From contig CAWCQH010000012.1 in the NCBI GenBank assembly GCA_963797585.1, positions 6,312-70,311 of the forward strand: a DNA stretch of 64,000 nucleotides, written 5' to 3'. The notes beneath the pieces were generated by a model that was not told the origin of the DNA, did no database searches, and saw nothing but the letters and a program-made list of their open reading frames with translations. The DNA is from an uncultured Acidobacteriota bacterium. Its GTDB lineage: Bacteria; Acidobacteriota; Terriglobia; Acidiferrales; UBA7541. Below, piece by piece: positions 59,899-64,000 of the stretch (position 1 is its first letter; each line of letters starts with the position of its first letter). Made by a program: the position numbers and the translations under genes.

Positions 59899-60903
59899 CT
59901 AAAGCAGCCCGTACCGCTTCCGCTTCTCCAGCAGCGTCTTCCGGCTGATGCCGAGGATTTCCGCGGCGCGGGCGATCTTGTAATGCGTTTGGTCGAGCGT
60001 TGCCTTGATCGCTTCGCGCTCAAGATCTTCGAGAGACTTCAGCCCGCTCGCAACGTGCGCGGTTCCCGCAGCTTGCAGGATCTGCGGAAAATCCTCCGCG
60101 CGAAGCACAGGCCCCGTAGCGAATATCAGCGCATGTTCGATGGCGTTCTTGAGCTCGCGCACATTCCCCGGCCACACATACGACTCCAGAAGCTTCCGCG
60201 CCGCCGGATCGAGAGAAGCATCCGCCCGGCCGTGAATCGGTCCCAACCGCGCCAGAAAATGAGCAGCCAGCACAGGAATATCTCCCCGGCGCTCTCGCAA
60301 AGAAGGAACCGCAATCGCCAGCACATTCAGCCGAAAGAAGAGGTCTTCGCGAAAACGCCCGGCGGCAACCGCCTTGAGGAGATCGGTATTCGTAAGCGCC
60401 ATGATCCGAGCGTCCATGTGCAGGGTTTCGGTGCCGCCCAGCCGCTCGAAAGTGCGCTCCTCGAGCACGCGCAGCAGTTTGGCCTGCAAACCCGGAGCGA
60501 GCGCCGCCACCTCATCCAGCGCGATCGTGCCCCCCTGCGCCATTTCCAGGCGCCCGGGCTTGCGCGCGACAGCCCCGGTGAACGCCCCGCGCTCGTGCCC
60601 AAAAAGCTCCGATTCCACAAGCTCCGCGGGAAGGCTGGCGCAATCGATCTTTAAAAAAGCAGCGTCGCGGCGGGGACCATGGTCGTGAATCCAGCGGGCC
60701 AGCTGGTCCTTTCCAGTGCCGCTTTCGCCGGTAATCAGAAGTGTAGTCGCCGTGTCGGCGAGTTTCTGCGCGGTCTGAAGAATTTGCAACGACGCCAGCT
60801 CGGCGGCCACCCAAGGGACACCGGTGCTCGTTGCGCCGCTAGTCGTCGCGCTCGTTGTGGTGTTCATTGCCGTGCTCACTACCGCGCCCACTGCGGCATT
60901 CAA
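59899..60903 (-). CDS. sigma-54-dependent transcriptional activator (AAA+ core plus Fis-type HTH only)
   Basis: GESGTGKD Walker A, ESELFGHERGAFTGA (GAFTGA loop), TIALDEV Walker B, C-terminal AAEILGISRKTLLEKRKRYG. Only about 45 Ser/Thr/Ala-rich residues precede the AAA+ core. Confidence 0.85.
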   Translation of the reverse strand: MNAAVGAVVSTAMNTTTSATTSGATSTGVPWVAAELASLQILQTAQKLADTATTLLITGESGTGKDQLARWIHDHGPRRDAAFLKIDCASLPAELVESELFGHERGAFTGAVARKPGRLEMAQGGTIALDEVAALAPGLQAKLLRVLEERTFERLGGTETLHMDARIMALTNTDLLKAVAAGRFREDLFFRLNVLAIAVPSLRERRGDIPVLAAHFLARLGPIHGRADASLDPAARKLLESYVWPGNVRELKNAIEHALIFATGPVLRAEDFPQILQAAGTAHVASGLKSLEDLEREAIKATLDQTHYKIARAAEILGISRKTLLEKRKRYGLL

Positions 60904-60928
60904 CCTAACTTCCCGCCCGCCCCTACTG

Positions 60929-61336
60929 TTACTGTTGCGTGCCGCTGTGCTCCGATTCCCCGGCAGTCTCGGGCGGTTTTCCGGGCGCCGGAAATTTCAC
61001 GCTCTCGGCGGTTCGCCACAGCCGCTCTAGATCGTAATATTCCCGCGCGCGTTCGCTGAAGATATGCGCCACAAAATAGCCGTAGTCGAGCAGCACCCAC
61101 TCCGCGCTCATTTTTCCCTCGCGATGCGCCAGGTGAATCCCTTCGCGCGCAAGCCGTTCCTCGATCGCTTCTCCGATGGCCCGCACCTGCGGGTGGCTGC
61201 TTCCCGAGCACAGCAGAAAATATTCCGCGAATGCGCCCGCCCCGGAAAGATTCAGAACGGTGATGTCCACCGCCTGCTTGTCCTGCGCCGCTTCCACGGC
61301 CCAGAGAATTTCGGGGCGAAGGGAGTTAGGGGTCAC
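60929..61336 (-). CDS. rsfS: ribosome silencing factor RsfS
   Basis: DITVLNLSGAGAFAEYFLLCSGSSHPQVRAIGEAIEE..EWVLLDYGYFVAHIFSERAREYYDLERLW. The GTG at 61336 overlaps the nadD stop (GTGA). The longer 228-aa ORF was rejected. Confidence 0.8.
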   Translation of the reverse strand: MTPNSLRPEILWAVEAAQDKQAVDITVLNLSGAGAFAEYFLLCSGSSHPQVRAIGEAIEERLAREGIHLAHREGKMSAEWVLLDYGYFVAHIFSERAREYYDLERLWRTAESVKFPAPGKPPETAGESEHSGTQQ

Positions 61337-62040
61337 CGGTACAATGCCTGTCCCAGAATGTATTCCTCCACGCGCGGCGGCACAAGCCCGTGGATGCCCT
61401 GGTGTTCGTCGAGCCGGTTGCGGATTTCGGTGGAAGAAACGTGGCTCGACACGGTCGTCAGCATGTAAATGGACGATTTCCGCAGCGCGATCTTTCCCGG
61501 ATTGGCGCCCGAATTGGTAGTTGACCCGTCCGCCCCGAGTTTTTCCGGCGGGATCACCAGCCGCAGCGCATCCAGTTTGAACCCCGGCCGGCTCGCGATG
61601 ATGAAGTCGCAGCAATCGAGCAGCGCCTCGTAGTTCTTCCAGGTGGGAAGTTCCAGAAACTGGTCGGCGCCCACAATAAAGTAGAGATGATCGTCAGGAT
61701 GTTCGCGGCGAAATCGCCGCACCGTATCGATTGTGTAGAAAACGCGCGGCGTGGCCCCATCCATGTCGGCTTCTGCGACCGACGGCACGAATGTCGCATG
61801 GTCCGCGCACGCAAGTGCGACCATCGCATAGCGGTGCAGAAATGGCGTGAGCGCCATCTTGGTCTTATGCGGCGGACGCGACGAGGGAATGAAATGAATC
61901 GCGTCGAGGTGAAAACGCCGCTGCGCGGCCTGGGCCACGGCGATGTGCCCCGCGTGAACCGGATCGAACGTGCCGCCAAAAAGCGCCACAGCCCGGCGAT
62001 GCTCCCCGCCCGCCGTTTTCTGAGCAGACTGCGACGTCAA
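61333..62040 (-). CDS. nadD: nicotinate-nucleotide adenylyltransferase
   Basis: [13 protein letters not shown] nucleotidyltransferase motif and a C-terminal SSTEIR. TTG start at 62040. Confidence 0.85.
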   Translation of the reverse strand: MTSQSAQKTAGGEHRRAVALFGGTFDPVHAGHIAVAQAAQRRFHLDAIHFIPSSRPPHKTKMALTPFLHRYAMVALACADHATFVPSVAEADMDGATPRVFYTIDTVRRFRREHPDDHLYFIVGADQFLELPTWKNYEALLDCCDFIIASRPGFKLDALRLVIPPEKLGADGSTTNSGANPGKIALRKSSIYMLTTVSSHVSSTEIRNRLDEHQGIHGLVPPRVEEYILGQALYR

Positions 62041-63199
62041 CGCTCCTCCCGGTGCGGCGCGGCAGGATGATCCTCTTCTCCCGGATTTTCGTCGAGAGCA
62101 TCATGACGCTCTTCGCGCGAATGCTCCTCTTGCAGGTCGATCGATTCGGTAGCCTCGGCGCGACCGGGACGGGCTTCGGAATCCGGTCGAGCGCGTTGGC
62201 CATCGCGCGCACGAGTTCCACAATTCCCTCGCCGGTTGCGGAGGAAATTGCGTGGAATTCGAGCCCGCGCCGTTCGGCAAACTTGCGAAGTTCCTCAAGG
62301 CGCTCGCGGTCGGTGGTGGCATCGAGCTTCGTCGCCACGACGATCATCGGCTTTTCCGCCAGTGCCGGGCTGAACGCAGCAAGCTCGTGCTCGATAATCT
62401 CAAAATCGTGCACCGGGTCGTGGTCGTTGAAGTCGCTGGTATCCACCAGGTGCGCGATCAGCCGCGTGCGCTCCACATGCTTCAGGAACCTTATTCCGAG
62501 CCCCGCTCCCTCGTGCGCGCCTTCGATCAGGCCCGGGACGTCCGCCACCACAAACGTTCGTCCGTTCCCCGGAGCGGCGTCCGGATCGGCCGAGACAACC
62601 CCCAAATGCGGCTCGAGCGTTGTGAATGGATACGCCGCAATTTTCGGCTTGGCCGCCGAAATCCGGGAAATCAGCGTTGATTTGCCCGCGTTCGGAAAGC
62701 CCACCAGCCCCACGTCCGCGAGCAGCTTCAGTTCAAGCCGCAAGTGGCGCTCTTCGCCGGGACTGCCATCTTCGTGCTCGGTAGGCGCCTGGTGCCACGG
62801 CCTCACGAATCGCGGATTGCCGTTGCCACGCCCGCCGCGCCCTCCTCGGGCGGCGCGAAATCGCTGCCCCGGTTCGGTGAAATCGAAAAGCTGCTCGCCC
62901 GAATCCGCATCGAAAACAACGGTCCCGATGGGAACCGCGAGAATGGTGTCCTCTCCCATGCGCCCATGGCACTTCGATCCCTCGCCATGACGCCCGCGCT
63001 CGGCCCGGAATTCTCGATTGTAGCGGTATCGCAGCAGCGTGTTGTCGTTGGGGTTGGACTCCAGATAAATAGCCCCGCCGTGCCCCCCGTCGCCACCCGA
63101 AGGACCGCCCCGCGGCACGTACTTCTCCCTGCGGAAGGCCATGCAGCCGTTTCCGCCGTCGCCGCCTTTCACCACAATCTTGGCTTCGTCAGCAAACAT
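62037..63199 (-). CDS. obg: GTPase Obg/CgtA, C-terminal tail shifted by one apparent frameshift near 62157-62158
   Basis: [39 protein letters not shown] Obg fold, [10 protein letters not shown]1, DVPGLIEGA. As assembled the ORF runs on to 61865 across nadD. In the shifted frame the tail [18 protein letters not shown]...HREER ends at a TGA overlapping the nadD TTG. Confidence 0.85.
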
Positions 63200-63502
63200 A
63201 GGTCGCTCGTGCTCTTAGGGAACTACCGAATCCGCAGAACCAACAAAAAGGATACGACAGGCATGGGTGGAAACACAAAAATACCGGCGCCCGGAACGGG
63301 GTCATCCGAGCCCCAGACTCACTGTTAGCAACACGGTTTTGCGGGTGCCCCACCCTTATGGTTTTTAAGGGTGGGCTTCGCTTCCTGTCAAAGCAGCGAG
63401 AATGACTTTCGGGAGAAGGTCTTTATGGGGTCGGAGATTCAACTCCGACATAGTCGAACGGCGCGCCGCGTCTTCCTTTCGCGGTGCCTCTTCCGCGACT
63501 CT

Positions 63503-63811
63503 TCAGTCCGCAGCTGCAGCAGCAGACTTCTTCTCATCGGCCGCGGCCGAGGCTTCTTCCACGGTAAGCACGCTGATGAACTTCCCGCGCCCGCCGCGAT
63601 CCTCAAACCGCACCACGCCGTGGATCAGCGCGAACAAGGAATCATCCTTGGCGCGCGCCACGTTCTTCCCGGCCTTGTAGCGCGTGCCGCGCTGCCGGAT
63701 CAGAATGCTCCCGCCCGACACCACCTGTCCGCCAAATCGCTTCACGCCCAGCCTCTGGCCGTGCGAATCGCGCCCGTTTACTGAGGAACCGCCGCCCTTT
63801 TTGTGTGCCAT
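63503..63811 (-). CDS. rpmA: 50S ribosomal protein L27
   Basis: [43 protein letters not shown] is the canonical L27 N-terminus. Confidence 0.95.
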   Translation of the reverse strand: MAHKKGGGSSVNGRDSHGQRLGVKRFGGQVVSGGSILIRQRGTRYKAGKNVARAKDDSLFALIHGVVRFEDRGGRGKFISVLTVEEASAAADEKKSAAAAAD

Positions 63812-63822
63812 TTCAAAAGCCT

Positions 63823-64000
63823 CTAGGAAAGTTGAATGTCGCCGACTTCTACGGCGGTGTAGCCCTGCCGGTGGCCGCGCTGAATATTGTATTGGCCGCC
63901 CGTTTTGTATTTCAACGTTTTGAGTTTAGGCCCACGAAGATGCCGGATGATCTTCCCGGTCACTTTGGCCTTGGCGGCATCGGCGCCGCCGATAATCTTC
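63823..64000 (-). CDS. rplU: 50S ribosomal protein L21 (3' part; 5' end outside window)
   Basis: Translation of the minus strand gives ...[47 protein letters not shown], with the stop at 63823-63825, 11 nt upstream of the rpmA start. Confidence 0.9.
   Translation of the reverse strand, partial: KIIGGADAAKAKVTGKIIRHLRGPKLKTLKYKTGGQYNIQRGHRQGYTAVEVGDIQLS

Noticed and set aside
61337-61615. Long form (228 aa) of the ORF containing rsfS
   Set aside because: The N-terminal 93 residues overlap the 3' end of nadD and are Arg/Gly/Pro-rich. The conserved RsfS sequence starts just after the GTG at 61336.
1-64000. Mobile elements, prophage or integrative island boundaries
   Set aside because: I found no transposase, integrase or recombinase ORFs, no terminal inverted repeats and no tRNA attachment site, so the accessory block cannot be called a mobile island from this window.

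Overview
High-GC bacterial chromosomal segment with about 40 genes. The domain families present (carboxypeptidase-regulatory-like, DUF4082, many PilZ and TonB_C domains) suggest an Acidobacteriota-like soil bacterium, but that is inference only. All product calls come from motifs I recognise in the translated ORFs; no database search was run. Left part (1-12 kb): periplasmic redox and hydrolase genes, namely a PQQ-type propeller, a Tat-signal FMN alpha-hydroxy-acid dehydrogenase, an MBL-fold protein, an IorAB-type 2Fe-2S/molybdopterin enzyme, a histidine phosphatase, a Crp/Fnr regulator and small membrane proteins. Accessory core (12-46 kb) has four parts. (a) A three-gene ExeA-like AAA+ / PilZ-like / TonB_C module. 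(b) Divergent from it, a 2272-aa mosaic repeat surface protein with 4 DUF4082 units, 4 x 120-aa repeats, and LamG, Big_2 and PASTA domains. (c) Two JmjC/cupin oxygenase paralogues, a GT-C-like membrane protein read through into a TIGR04325-like methyltransferase, and a CheR-type methyltransferase. (d) A ~15.6-kb hybrid NRPS-PKS line: CmlA-like hydroxylase, A-PCP, KS-AT-ACP-aminotransferase-C-A-PCP, and C-C-PCP-TE with a Cys in the TE nucleophile motif. As assembled, this line is broken by about 10 frame disruptions. Right part (46-64 kb) is housekeeping: ugd, a metallophosphoesterase, two PilZ proteins, HIT, IHF/HU, rpsA, a DPP3-like peptidase, pckG, rlmH, a sigma-54 activator, and rsfS-nadD-obg-rpmA-rplU. 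I found no rRNA, tRNA, CRISPR array, transposase or integrase. Several genes outside the NRPS-PKS locus also carry single apparent frameshifts, often at short homopolymers, so assembly indel error is a live alternative to pseudogenisation.
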